Positions 1-9,298 of a DNA stretch of 64,000 bases are shown here, piece after piece. Below the pieces are notes generated by a model. It had not been told where the DNA came from. It did no database searches and was given only the letters and a program-made list of their open reading frames with translations. Numbering within the stretch: position 1 is the first letter of the stretch; every line of letters begins with the position of its first letter. This DNA is from a virus (lineage: Duplodnaviria > Caudoviricetes), in the IMG/VR virus record IMGVR_UViG_3300030330_005435, positions 10,053-74,052 of that record; one strand, 5' to 3'. Position numbers and translations under genes: made by a program.

Positions 1-255
1 AACCAAGACTTCAGTTACCTCTTCGGGCATATTTGATTTTTCTTCGTTTTCAGTTTGGCGCGCTAGTAAATCACCATATTGCGCCAATGTCAAAGCGGCG
101 CCTTCATACTGGACCAGATTCAAAGCATGATTAGCAATCCTGTCAACTGTCCCAGGCTCTGATGGCCTGTGATAGATATCTTTAATGATTGCCAACTCTT
201 CAGTGGCTTTTGATTTAAGTCTCTGTATTGCTGCTTGTAAAATTTCTTCTGTCAT
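1..255 (-). CDS. hypothetical protein, runs off the left edge of the window
   Basis: Manual translation MTEEILQAAIQRLKSKATEELAIIKDIY... is open to position 1; ATG overlaps the TGA of the upstream MTase (ATGA coupling); absent from the ORF track. Confidence 0.7.
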   Translation of the reverse strand, partial: MTEEILQAAIQRLKSKATEELAIIKDIYHRPSEPGTVDRIANHALNLVQYEGAALTLAQYGDLLARQTENEEKSNMPEEVTEVLV

Positions 256-725
256 TTGTTAATTCCTTCTACTCTCCAAAGTTCTCCGCCTCCATCAAAC
301 ACAACTACAGCGGAGGGAAACGGCGCGGAGTTACTACTGTCTCCAAATTTAAGGCGACCCTTGACAAAGTGAATTTCGGATGCCTTCATAACATAGTTGT
401 GCCAATATTTTGTATCTGTTCTCGCTGGGATGAGCATGACAACCTTTGTGTCAGATTTCTTAGCTTCATTATAAGCTTTCTCGATCCATTTGTCAATACC
501 TCTTCCATACGGAGGATTGACAAAACATGTAAATCCCTCCCAATCTTTTTCTAAACCATTTTCTGCCTTTGTAAAAAAGTTGGCGCACTTCGTATTGTGT
601 GGACTGGCGCACGGATCTAAGTCAAACGGCCCAAAGCGCCAATCAAGCTTATTGAAAAAATCTTGAGGGGTAGCCCAATTACCAGACTTCGAGCTGAACA
701 TTGTTCTTTGCGTTTCTTTATTCAT
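252..725 (-). CDS. phage DNA N6-adenine methyltransferase (Dam-like)
   Basis: WATPQDFF, FDLDPCAS (motif I-like), FVNPPYGR (motif IV), MLIPARTDT and RLKF are typical of the phage N6A MTase family. Confidence 0.92.
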   Translation of the reverse strand: MNKETQRTMFSSKSGNWATPQDFFNKLDWRFGPFDLDPCASPHNTKCANFFTKAENGLEKDWEGFTCFVNPPYGRGIDKWIEKAYNEAKKSDTKVVMLIPARTDTKYWHNYVMKASEIHFVKGRLKFGDSSNSAPFPSAVVVFDGGGELWRVEGINK

Positions 726-1879
726 TGCTTTTCCTTAACCTCTACAAATTCTTCTGAGTCTTCTTCCCACTGAAAGGCTCGATAGTCTCCTTGGTGCATT
801 TGTTTTACAAACAAAATTTTAGTAATGATTGGATAACCTCCAAACTTGTAGACTTCATGCTTGTTAATTGCAGCAATCTTTGCAACAACCTTTGGGATCT
901 CTTTTGAAATTGTTTCAGAAGAAGTAATTGAAGCAGTTAGATTGTCTCCAACACGCAACGTTGCATAGCACGGCACACGTACTGAAGATGCTGGTAAGTC
1001 GTTCTTCCAACAGTTCGTTAGCGTTTCTAAGATGCGATAGATTCGTGTTGGGCACTCAAACTTAAACACATTGCCAGTGTCGGTTGTCCAATCAACATTG
1101 GGAAAAAACCTTCTAGCATTTAAATCAATCTCTTCTTGCAATGGGAACGAAAGTGATTGACCCCTATGTGATGCGAATGCTTTGTTGACGATTTCTCCCA
1201 AGAAGCGCTTCTTGGACGAGTGAGCAAAATCTGAACTAATGTTGTCGATGGCCCACTGTTTTCCCCATTCAATCTGTTGTTCTTCATCCCACTGTCTTAC
1301 GCTCTCAACAAACTTAGCCATTGTGTTGTACTCTGATTGAATTTGGTGTACCCAATCTTTGCTCGAATCTTCTCTTACAGAGTCGAGTCTTTTATTGCTT
1401 AGTCTTGCTAGTGAACTGCAAAACTTTAAAATTTCGTAAATCTCTGCATCTTCATCAAAAATGACTTCTAGAAAATTAAACTTACTTTCTGCACCTTTGC
1501 TGATTGCTTTAAGATGGCCCTTGGCGCGCTTCCATCCAAATATCATAAACAATTCGTCGTTTATGCGGGTTGCAATGGGAATTTGCGTTTGTGGTTTTTC
1601 TAAAACGTAAAATTCATCATAATAATTGACATCGCCTGCTAGAGTCGAGTTTGCTCTTGGTTGAAATGTCGGGTAGTATTCGTGGCTTTCAGAAACTAAA
1701 TCGCTTAAATCGTGCTTTGTGCGTACACGAAAGTCTCTAACTAATTCACTGCTGGTTAAAGCTGCCCATGCATCACGGATACGCGGATCAGTATTTCCTG
1801 GCAAGTCGTCATAACCGAGATCCCTTACCTTATTCTCAATTGTTGTTGTATTAATGTCTATGACATTTGATGCCTTCAT
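722..1879 (-). CDS. hypothetical protein, weak ParB/Srx-like N-terminal region
   Basis: 385-aa ORF coupled to both neighbours; IPIATRINDELFMIFGWKRAKG loosely resembles the ParB/Srx core. Confidence 0.6.
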   Translation of the reverse strand: MKASNVIDINTTTIENKVRDLGYDDLPGNTDPRIRDAWAALTSSELVRDFRVRTKHDLSDLVSESHEYYPTFQPRANSTLAGDVNYYDEFYVLEKPQTQIPIATRINDELFMIFGWKRAKGHLKAISKGAESKFNFLEVIFDEDAEIYEILKFCSSLARLSNKRLDSVREDSSKDWVHQIQSEYNTMAKFVESVRQWDEEQQIEWGKQWAIDNISSDFAHSSKKRFLGEIVNKAFASHRGQSLSFPLQEEIDLNARRFFPNVDWTTDTGNVFKFECPTRIYRILETLTNCWKNDLPASSVRVPCYATLRVGDNLTASITSSETISKEIPKVVAKIAAINKHEVYKFGGYPIITKILFVKQMHQGDYRAFQWEEDSEEFVEVKEKQ

Positions 1880-2578
1880 TTATTCTCCTAAAATGTTTTG
1901 TTGTTTAATTCTTCTTTGTTCAAACCTTTCATCGGTTTTTTTATTAATTTCTAATATTGTATCAATATTGTATGGTACATTGCAAGCTTTTTTTTCAAAA
2001 ACCCAAAAATATGAGTGATATTTTCTTGCATGGCTTTGATTATTTTTATGGTTGTGGCCAATGATGCGATTTTTAGCCAGCAAGACAAACATGTCTCTTG
2101 GGTAAAATCCATGAACAAGTGCGCGCTCCATGATATAACAATGAGAAAACCAATTTTTACCAGACGAAACAGTATCCTGGCACTTAAATGCTAAGACACC
2201 TTTGTTTTTGAGAATCCTGCTAAATTCTGCTAAGCACTGGTCATACCACCCCCACAAATCGGTTACATACCTAAATCCATGGAATCTTTTACCCATAATG
2301 CCGGTAGGTACAGCTTTGGTGTGACCCGCAACAAACGGAGGGTCAAACATAATGCTGGAAATACTGCTGTCATCAAACGGTAAATCATCAGCAGACGCCT
2401 TTTGTACCTCATCGTTCTTGGGAAACAAATCGTATTTATATCGAGGCTCAATAATCTCGGGAGATTTGTAAAAATTACCTTTGCTGTATGTTGGGTCTAG
2501 TTCAAACCCGTCAGGTGCGAACATCGTTTGTATGTTCTTAATGATTTCGTTTTGATCTTCTGATGTGCTCTTTATCAT
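1880..2578 (-). CDS. amino (N6A/N4C) DNA methyltransferase
   Basis: ELDPTYSKGNFY (SAM-binding) and SIMFDPPF (catalytic motif IV), then RILKNKGVLAFKCQD; start moved to ATG 2578 (or GTG 2587) to remove the overlap with the nuclease gene. Confidence 0.85.
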   Translation of the reverse strand: MIKSTSEDQNEIIKNIQTMFAPDGFELDPTYSKGNFYKSPEIIEPRYKYDLFPKNDEVQKASADDLPFDDSSISSIMFDPPFVAGHTKAVPTGIMGKRFHGFRYVTDLWGWYDQCLAEFSRILKNKGVLAFKCQDTVSSGKNWFSHCYIMERALVHGFYPRDMFVLLAKNRIIGHNHKNNQSHARKYHSYFWVFEKKACNVPYNIDTILEINKKTDERFEQRRIKQQNILGE

Positions 2579-2583
2579 AATTA

Positions 2584-3336
2584 TCACATTACAGGGCATT
2601 TGAATTGAATCTTTTTGCCCTTGGTCCCAGTTGCATATGTCCAAGAGAGGCCAGTGCCGTATCCGCTCGCTCTACTAGTAATAGTATCAACTTGTTGTTC
2701 AATTGTGTAGGTAGAAAAAGAACTAGCATATCTTGTGTTATAATCAACTTTAAACATAATTGTGTGATTTGCAATTCTTAAATCTTCTTCATGCTTATTG
2801 GGGCTTCCAGTTAGCGTCCAACGCACAAATTCTTTTTTTATAGGTGCAATTTTGCTTTTTAAAATTTCACGCTCTTCAACGTTGAAGTTTTTACCAGATG
2901 CATCAGTTTGAAACTTATTCATTAACTGCAGCAATGTGGCGTCTGTTATACCTACTTCTTCTTTGATGGTGCTAACATCAAATTCAGCCACCGCTATGTT
3001 CGCAGATGAGGATTGCTTCACAGATATTTTGATAAAAAGCCCATTAATCGCCACACAAACATCAGTCTTTGCGGGTCCACCACTATCTCTTTTAGGTACT
3101 TCAATAATTTTAATTGTATCGACATGATCAATATTGTACACAGCGCAAGTTTGATAAAATATCTGCTCAGCCATATTGTCAGGTTGTCTATTGCAATTAA
3201 ATTTGTTAGCAATGTCAGAATCGGAAAAAATCAATTCGATAAATTCTTCGTAAGCCAAGCCAGCAAGTGCTGTTTTACTGCCAACACTCCTGTCTGGATC
3301 ACTGACACCGTGTTTGCCAAATAGGTTTCGCAACAT
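2584..3336 (-). CDS. type II restriction endonuclease, MspI family
   Basis: Resembles R.MspI along its length as I recall it: GLAYEEFI, GGPAKTDV...ISVKQSS (PD-D/ExK-type core), IAVAEFDV, and C-terminal GYGTGLSWTYATGTKGKKIQFK. Confidence 0.85.
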   Translation of the reverse strand: MLRNLFGKHGVSDPDRSVGSKTALAGLAYEEFIELIFSDSDIANKFNCNRQPDNMAEQIFYQTCAVYNIDHVDTIKIIEVPKRDSGGPAKTDVCVAINGLFIKISVKQSSSANIAVAEFDVSTIKEEVGITDATLLQLMNKFQTDASGKNFNVEEREILKSKIAPIKKEFVRWTLTGSPNKHEEDLRIANHTIMFKVDYNTRYASSFSTYTIEQQVDTITSRASGYGTGLSWTYATGTKGKKIQFKCPVM

Positions 3337-3338
3337 TG

Positions 3339-3599
3339 TTATACTCCTGTGTTATTCTCGTTATTGCTAAACATCTCAAAGTTTTCTACAACCTCATCAA
3401 TGTTAACATTGTCTTTGAATAGACGATATGCTTTCACAGCTGCCCTAAGTTCGTCGGTATTGAGCCATCCGTTTTCGCGATATTCAGTACGCAAGTCACG
3501 TTTTTGTTCTTTAAAAGGCTCCATTGCCTCTTCAATTGCCACCAAAGAACGGATGTATTCTTTTACGTAGCGTTTTCTCTCTTCGTTTGTTGTAGCCAT
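3339..3599 (-). CDS. small dsDNA-binding protein, GapR (DUF2312)/T4 DsbA-like
   Basis: YVKEYIRSLVAIEEAMEPFKEQKRDLRTEYRENG..DELRAAVKAYR fits the GapR/DsbA helical pattern; start MATTNEE has an AGGAGG SD. Confidence 0.6.
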   Translation of the reverse strand: MATTNEERKRYVKEYIRSLVAIEEAMEPFKEQKRDLRTEYRENGWLNTDELRAAVKAYRLFKDNVNIDEVVENFEMFSNNENNTGV

Positions 3600-3622
3600 T
3601 GGGCCCTCCTGATTGTTTATAT

Positions 3623-3651
3623 AATATAACACACATATGTTCAGCAGTCAA
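3623..3651 (-). promoter_or_regulatory. sigma70-type early/middle promoter
   Basis: Minus strand TTGACT-17 nt-TATATT upstream of the GapR/DsbA-like gene. Confidence 0.75.
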
Positions 3652-3655
3652 CAAC

Positions 3656-4363
3656 TTATTTGACTATAATTCTAAAAAGTTGAAATATAAATTTTTTAAT
3701 TAATTGATCTTTTTCTTCATCAGTTTCGGCTTCAGCAAAACCATAATTATATGTATTTTTTTCTTTATCGACTTGTTGAGCAACCTTTTCGCTTTCACGT
3801 TTCATCCATCGAGTTTGTTGCTCATAATTTTTTGGTGTACTGATATTATATCTGTCCGCTAAGTCTAATAAAATATAATATTTTTTGTCTTCAAATGCCT
3901 GATTCGCATCTTGGAACATATTTACTCTCATCTTTATCTCGTCGTCAGGTAATGATTTATCTATACGATCTGGGTGAAGTTTGAGGGCAATTTGTTTAAA
4001 AAGTTTTGAGAAGGCATCGTGCATTGCAATGTCGTCTGCTGACATTTGATAACTATCATCTTTGTCCGAAGGAATATTGTTATGAATTATTATCGCTGTA
4101 TCGCTGGGGGCCTCTATGCTGGCTTGATCTTGAGTGTTGCCGTCAGTTATTTCGTGGCGTCCGTATAAAGTGTCAAGCCTTTCTTTGTTTTGTTTGTCCA
4201 AGCTTGATATGTTGATATTTTTTTGAGCGCAAAATCTTCTATAATATGCCTCAAACTCCACTGCTGTATCTTTAGATAGTTCTTGCGTGTATTCTAATTC
4301 ATCATAACAAAAGCGCAATCTAGATAGGGCGCGCTTCCATTTAAGCTTTTTACTGATAGGCAT
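3656..4363 (-). CDS. J-domain (DnaJ-like) co-chaperone protein
   Basis: FSKLFKQIALKLHPDRID...FQDANQAF contains the HPD motif in a helical J-domain. Confidence 0.8.
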   Translation of the reverse strand: MPISKKLKWKRALSRLRFCYDELEYTQELSKDTAVEFEAYYRRFCAQKNINISSLDKQNKERLDTLYGRHEITDGNTQDQASIEAPSDTAIIIHNNIPSDKDDSYQMSADDIAMHDAFSKLFKQIALKLHPDRIDKSLPDDEIKMRVNMFQDANQAFEDKKYYILLDLADRYNISTPKNYEQQTRWMKRESEKVAQQVDKEKNTYNYGFAEAETDEEKDQLIKKFIFQLFRIIVK

Positions 4364-4367
4364 ACCC

Positions 4368-4374
4368 TAAGTAG
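4368..4374 (-). promoter_or_regulatory. putative late promoter motif CTACTTA
   Basis: Same motif as upstream of the structural genes; 4 nt from the J-domain ATG, inside the palindrome ACCCTA-AG-TAGGGT. Confidence 0.4.
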
Positions 4375-4376
4375 GG

Positions 4377-4982
4377 TTACTGAAACTTGAACGATACACT
4401 AGTTTCTATTTTAAATTCTGGAATGTGTATGTGATTTGCTAGATTATGTTTTAAACACTCGTTCGCATCTAAGAACCAGTCAGCATGACCTTTCTCGTGT
4501 ACTATATCAAGAAAATAATCTTTGCCGTGTCCACAATTTTCTGCCATCATTTCAAAAATCTTTTTATTAAGACGTTCAGCTTCTGCTGTTGAAGCTTTCA
4601 TTTCTTCAATCTTGTCCCAGGCCATGGCACTAACTTCGTGTATCATCACAGTTGCATCAGGGTCTATGTAACGCATATTTTCGTGCCCAAAGCTAAACAA
4701 AATGGCACCACAGGACATTGCTTTGCCTTCGATAATTGTTGCTACGGGAATTCTGCTATGTTTTATATTAGAGATCATAGACATTAGGCTATATACCTGT
4801 CCTCCATAACTATCAATAATAACAGGAAGGACTGGTTGTCCCGTATTTTGTGCTTTTGACACAATTGATGAGAAAGCCTTGGCTGTAGGTTCATCAAATT
4901 TATTAATTCTCGCTACAACTGGCAGATCGTCAATCAAAGCCGGCTCTTTAAGTAATGGACTGAATGTCTTGAGTATATGCAT
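4377..4982 (-). CDS. clpP: ClpP-like protease subunit
   Basis: IDSYGGQV, GKAMSCGAIL (catalytic Ser), VMIHEVS (His), DWFLDANEC. Confidence 0.88.
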   Translation of the reverse strand: MHILKTFSPLLKEPALIDDLPVVARINKFDEPTAKAFSSIVSKAQNTGQPVLPVIIDSYGGQVYSLMSMISNIKHSRIPVATIIEGKAMSCGAILFSFGHENMRYIDPDATVMIHEVSAMAWDKIEEMKASTAEAERLNKKIFEMMAENCGHGKDYFLDIVHEKGHADWFLDANECLKHNLANHIHIPEFKIETSVSFKFQ

Positions 4983-4986
4983 ATAT

Positions 4987-7900
4987 TTATCCTAACAATT
5001 TAAACGTTTTACCGATTGCATATGTGGAGAAGCCCCAGTTCTGATCGTACTTAAGTCTTGCCATGTATGGTCGGTTAAGGTGTATTTTATCTTTTTGAGG
5101 TTTTACGCCCCAACACCTTATCTTAGTTAGTTCATTGTTAGAGTCAATCACCTCAACAATCCAATAAAGTTTGCCATTTTTTGTTTTTCTCTCAGCAACT
5201 TTTCGAGGGATAAACCAACAAACTTGCAATTCTTCATCAAACTCTGAGATCGGTGGGATATACTTTTCTTGCAATCTTTCAACAGTCTCGTCGCTGATAA
5301 CCAAGTTAATGGGAAATACACCTGTTAGATCAGATTTAAATTGTATGATCTCTTCTTCAGTAAAGTCACCTTCTGGCTCATAAAGTTCGATGTTTTCGCC
5401 AAGCTTCTTAAGATTCTTTGGACGATCAACAATACATGCTGACCAGAAATGTTTACGACCTGTAAACCTGTCGTCGAGAATATTATCAAGGGCCCCGCCG
5501 CGGCACAATGCGTCGAGAGACTTTTTGTTAAGTTTTGAATAGGTTATATTTTCGTTGAATAACAAATCCTCTGCATTTTTTAGTGGGCGGTTAGCCAAAA
5601 TCTGTTCAATAGCAGCAGCACCCAAACCTTTAATAGATGTTAGCGGCTGAATCAACGTCTTGCCGTCTTTGCTAATTTCCCAAACGGTTCCAGATTTGTT
5701 TACATCTAGTGGTGCAATGTCGAATCCAAATCGTTTTGCAATATTGATTGCTTTTTCTTTACGACTTTCAGGCTCTTTGTCCAAGAACGCAGCCATCCAT
5801 TCAGACGGGTAATAATTATACAACCATGCACACTGGTATGAGATGATCGAATACGAAACAGCGTGTGATTTGTTAAAACCGTACCCAGAGAAGAATTCAA
5901 ACTTATTCCATAAATCTTGTGCTTTTTCTTTATCGATACCGTTGCTTGAACAACCATCAATAAACTTTTTGTGAAGCTTGCCTTTAACAGATCCTTTGCC
6001 AGTTCCCTTTTTGGTTAGCACCTTGCGAAGCATATTGCCTTCATCCAAAGTCAAACCACCAAGTTTATGAGCCAATAGTGCAATCTGCTCTTGAAAAATA
6101 AGGAACCCAAACGTTTCTTCTGTAATTGCTCTGGCTTCTGGTGTTAAATACTGAATTCGCTGTGGGTGTTCCTTAGCCTCAACATAATCGTTGTCAACCC
6201 CTGCGGAAAGCGGGCCTGGGCGAAAGATAGAGGTGATAGCAGAAACATCAATAATATTTGTCGGCATGGCGCGTGTGCAAAACTGTTGTGCGCCACTTTC
6301 TGTAAACTGAAAGATGCCTGCCCACTTACCTGCATGGAAGATTTTTTGATACACAGAGACATCATTCATATCCAATACATCGGGGTGTAGTGTCTTTTCG
6401 TAGTAGTCTCGGATTTGCGCGAACGTGGGCTCTTCGATATTGTGGTGACGCTTAAGAATGTGATAGATTGCACCCTCCATCATCTTAAGCGTTGACAAAC
6501 CAAGCAAGTCAAACTTAATGAATCCCATTGGTTCAAGGTGACGGACGTTCTGCCCCTCTGCCCATGGTGCCTGACGGACACCACCTGAATTAATCAGTGG
6601 CATGTTGGCATCTAGATTTTCAGCAATAACAACCCCACCAGCATGTCGAGAACATGAACGCACTTGACCCACAAGGCCCTCAACATGTGTCTTGACTGCG
6701 GGGTATTTATCAAGATATGCACGGAGAGTTGGCGAGAACTCAATCACTTCTTCCCACGTAGGGGCATACACACCAGCCTTGATCCCGTGCTTGCGTTTAG
6801 CCTCTGGTGTTGCTTCTCTAATCATGATTGATGTGACTGTATTTACTTCAGTAAATTCGATACCATACAGTTTTGAAATGTCTTTGATTAGTGATTTTAG
6901 CTGTAGTGTATTCCAGTTGGAAATTGGAGCCACACAATCTTCGCCCCACATTTCAACTAGTTTCTCTTTCAATGCCATGCTATCTGATACATCGTAATCA
7001 ATATCAGGATAATCTGTGGCATCAGAACGCAGAAACCGAGAGAACAGCAGACCATACTTAATTGGGTCAACTTGTGTAATGTTAAGTGCATATGCCACCA
7101 ATGAACCAGCGGCAGAGCCGCGGCCTGGGCCTGTCAGCATCATTCCTGTAGCTACGTCTGCAATAGATTTCATAGTCAGAAAGTATTTTGAGAACCCGCG
7201 ATCATCGATGACATTAAGTTCTTCGCGTAATCTTTGAATATATTTTTGATTTTTATGCAGTCCCTTGTCCTTTAGGCCCTCAAGAGCATAATTAACAAGC
7301 GCTTGAGTTGCCGTAAAGCCTGCTGGTACAACAAATTCAGGCAAGCGAACGGTATTGTCAGGCAGAAAGCTTTCAATGCGTTCATGTGCGATACGGTGTG
7401 TTTCTTCTATAGAGCGCAAAACCAACTCATCATCATACTGAAAGCCGCAGGCATCTGAGTATTCTTTGTAACTTTTCCACATCTGGTCGCCATTCTTTGG
7501 GTATAGTTCGTAACCGATTTCCTCGACGCCATCAGGCAGTTCTGATTCTTCGTCAGCCCATGAGGGTCGGCCCTTACCAAGCCAACCAAGACGCTTGTAA
7601 AGCTCTCTGTCTTTCCAAGCGTCAGGGTTGGGGTAATGGCTGTCGGCTGTCGTGACCAGTCCAACGCCAAACTCTTTAGCAACTTGAATTACGTACTGGT
7701 TAAGTTCATGCTGCTCTTTAATATTGTTCCATTGTATTTCGGCATACCAGCGATCACCGAAAATGTCAACCATGCGACGTGTGGATTCGCGCATTGCATC
7801 CAATACTGCTTCATCCCCATCTTCTCGGTTCTCCCAATAGTTGCCAGCGTACACGCCGCCAAGACAAGCAGAAGAAGCAATGATGCCTTCGTTATATTTC

Positions 7901-8418
7901 TTAAGGAGCGCATAATCAATACGTGGATATCGGTAGAAGTTTTCAGCCTTGTAAGACTCCGACACTAGTTTAAATAGATTGTTCAATCCAGTTTGATTCT
8001 GAGCAAGTAATACAAGATGGCGCCGGCGGCGTAGAATGTCCTGGGTCTTCTTCGAAGCACCCTCATCCTCAACTGTTGCACCAGAAGCAGCGTCCTTCTT
8101 TACAGCGCGGGCGCGCTTCTTGTCTTCCATGGCCTTGGTGTACTCTTCTTGCCATTCTTCAATGGATGGAATGAAGTATGCTTCACAGCCAAAGATAGGC
8201 TTGAAGTCTTTACCTTCGGCCTGCATCTTCTTTGCGTGTAGCACCTGATAAGCAAGTCCGTTCATGTTGCCATGATCAGTAAGCGCCAAGGCATCACAAC
8301 CATTTTCATATGCAAAGTCCATGTGATCCTGTGGATATCCGATAGCGTCAAAGATAGAGCCCGCCACAGAGTGTGCGTGCAGTCCAACAAATTTAATTTT
8401 AGAATCAATCCGATTCAT
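4987..8418 (-). CDS. dnaE: DNA polymerase III alpha subunit (family C) with PHP domain
   Basis: LHAHS, TDHGNM, GPGRGSAAGSLV, YPDIDYD, HAGGVVI, KFDLLGL, GYGFNKSHA; start MNRIDSK has an AGGAGG SD. Confidence 0.97.
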   Translation of the reverse strand: MNRIDSKIKFVGLHAHSVAGSIFDAIGYPQDHMDFAYENGCDALALTDHGNMNGLAYQVLHAKKMQAEGKDFKPIFGCEAYFIPSIEEWQEEYTKAMEDKKRARAVKKDAASGATVEDEGASKKTQDILRRRRHLVLLAQNQTGLNNLFKLVSESYKAENFYRYPRIDYALLKKYNEGIIASSACLGGVYAGNYWENREDGDEAVLDAMRESTRRMVDIFGDRWYAEIQWNNIKEQHELNQYVIQVAKEFGVGLVTTADSHYPNPDAWKDRELYKRLGWLGKGRPSWADEESELPDGVEEIGYELYPKNGDQMWKSYKEYSDACGFQYDDELVLRSIEETHRIAHERIESFLPDNTVRLPEFVVPAGFTATQALVNYALEGLKDKGLHKNQKYIQRLREELNVIDDRGFSKYFLTMKSIADVATGMMLTGPGRGSAAGSLVAYALNITQVDPIKYGLLFSRFLRSDATDYPDIDYDVSDSMALKEKLVEMWGEDCVAPISNWNTLQLKSLIKDISKLYGIEFTEVNTVTSIMIREATPEAKRKHGIKAGVYAPTWEEVIEFSPTLRAYLDKYPAVKTHVEGLVGQVRSCSRHAGGVVIAENLDANMPLINSGGVRQAPWAEGQNVRHLEPMGFIKFDLLGLSTLKMMEGAIYHILKRHHNIEEPTFAQIRDYYEKTLHPDVLDMNDVSVYQKIFHAGKWAGIFQFTESGAQQFCTRAMPTNIIDVSAITSIFRPGPLSAGVDNDYVEAKEHPQRIQYLTPEARAITEETFGFLIFQEQIALLAHKLGGLTLDEGNMLRKVLTKKGTGKGSVKGKLHKKFIDGCSSNGIDKEKAQDLWNKFEFFSGYGFNKSHAVSYSIISYQCAWLYNYYPSEWMAAFLDKEPESRKEKAINIAKRFGFDIAPLDVNKSGTVWEISKDGKTLIQPLTSIKGLGAAAIEQILANRPLKNAEDLLFNENITYSKLNKKSLDALCRGGALDNILDDRFTGRKHFWSACIVDRPKNLKKLGENIELYEPEGDFTEEEIIQFKSDLTGVFPINLVISDETVERLQEKYIPPISEFDEELQVCWFIPRKVAERKTKNGKLYWIVEVIDSNNELTKIRCWGVKPQKDKIHLNRPYMARLKYDQNWGFSTYAIGKTFKLLG

Positions 8419-9298
8419 CAGTGCCCTCCTGAAGTGTATATGGTATCTTAGCATGAGTGTGTGGCTTTGTCAATAGATAATAAGGCGATTCTAAAATAAA
8501 TTTAGAACGCATATACTCATTGTACCCGCCCCATGTTGAGATATCAAAAAAGTATTTAGAATTATAAGTATGTGCATTGTCGATACAAAGCTTCTCAAAC
8601 ACTTCAGAAAAATTGAATTTTCTTGCCGACCATCTTTCTTCAAGTGGCAACTTTCGTGATGGATATTGTTCTCCTTTTTCGGTGTTGTAATACTGTTTTG
8701 TAGTTTTAGAGTTTATATCTCTTCTGCAATTAAGATAATCGTTCTCAAACATTGTAAAGCTAAGAGGTAGTTCATCTTTTACTGTTTTATTCTGGTGTGT
8801 TAAGAAAAAATTATTTTGGTTGTCGTTTATAAGTTTTCTGTGTTTTCTGATCTCGTAGATATTGAATACGCCCATGGGAAAGGAAACATAATATTTATTG
8901 GGTACAACCCATTTGGATATTTTATTTGCTGTAATCCAAGATGCATATATTCCTGATAAAACTGACCAGCCATACGAATCTCTACGGTCAATATTTTTCG
9001 GCATAATATTGCAATAATATATTGGTATTTCGCGCCTGTGTTCGGAGCCTTCACCATACTGTGAACGGCCCAAATAAACTGGATCATATGTCCAGTCTCC
9101 TACAGTTTTTCTAACGACTGGGGCCAAATCTGGATTGGCTACAATCCAAATTGTACTGCAGCCAGCATACGCACACTCTATAACTGACTTTTGAATCGCT
9201 GTAAACCCATTGTTAAGGGGTATCAAAACTTCTGGAAAATTAAAATTAAAGTCTGTCTGCAGATTGGCAACTGGTATGATGCCAGCCAGGTGATTCAT
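8405..9298 (-). CDS. divergent sugar-phosphate nucleotidyltransferase-like protein
   Basis: N-terminus LAGIIPVA...PEVLIPL...CAYAGCSTIWIV parallels NTP_transferase enzymes, but the GGxGTR loop is missing. Confidence 0.55.
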   Translation of the reverse strand: MNHLAGIIPVANLQTDFNFNFPEVLIPLNNGFTAIQKSVIECAYAGCSTIWIVANPDLAPVVRKTVGDWTYDPVYLGRSQYGEGSEHRREIPIYYCNIMPKNIDRRDSYGWSVLSGIYASWITANKISKWVVPNKYYVSFPMGVFNIYEIRKHRKLINDNQNNFFLTHQNKTVKDELPLSFTMFENDYLNCRRDINSKTTKQYYNTEKGEQYPSRKLPLEERWSARKFNFSEVFEKLCIDNAHTYNSKYFFDISTWGGYNEYMRSKFILESPYYLLTKPHTHAKIPYTLQEGTDESD

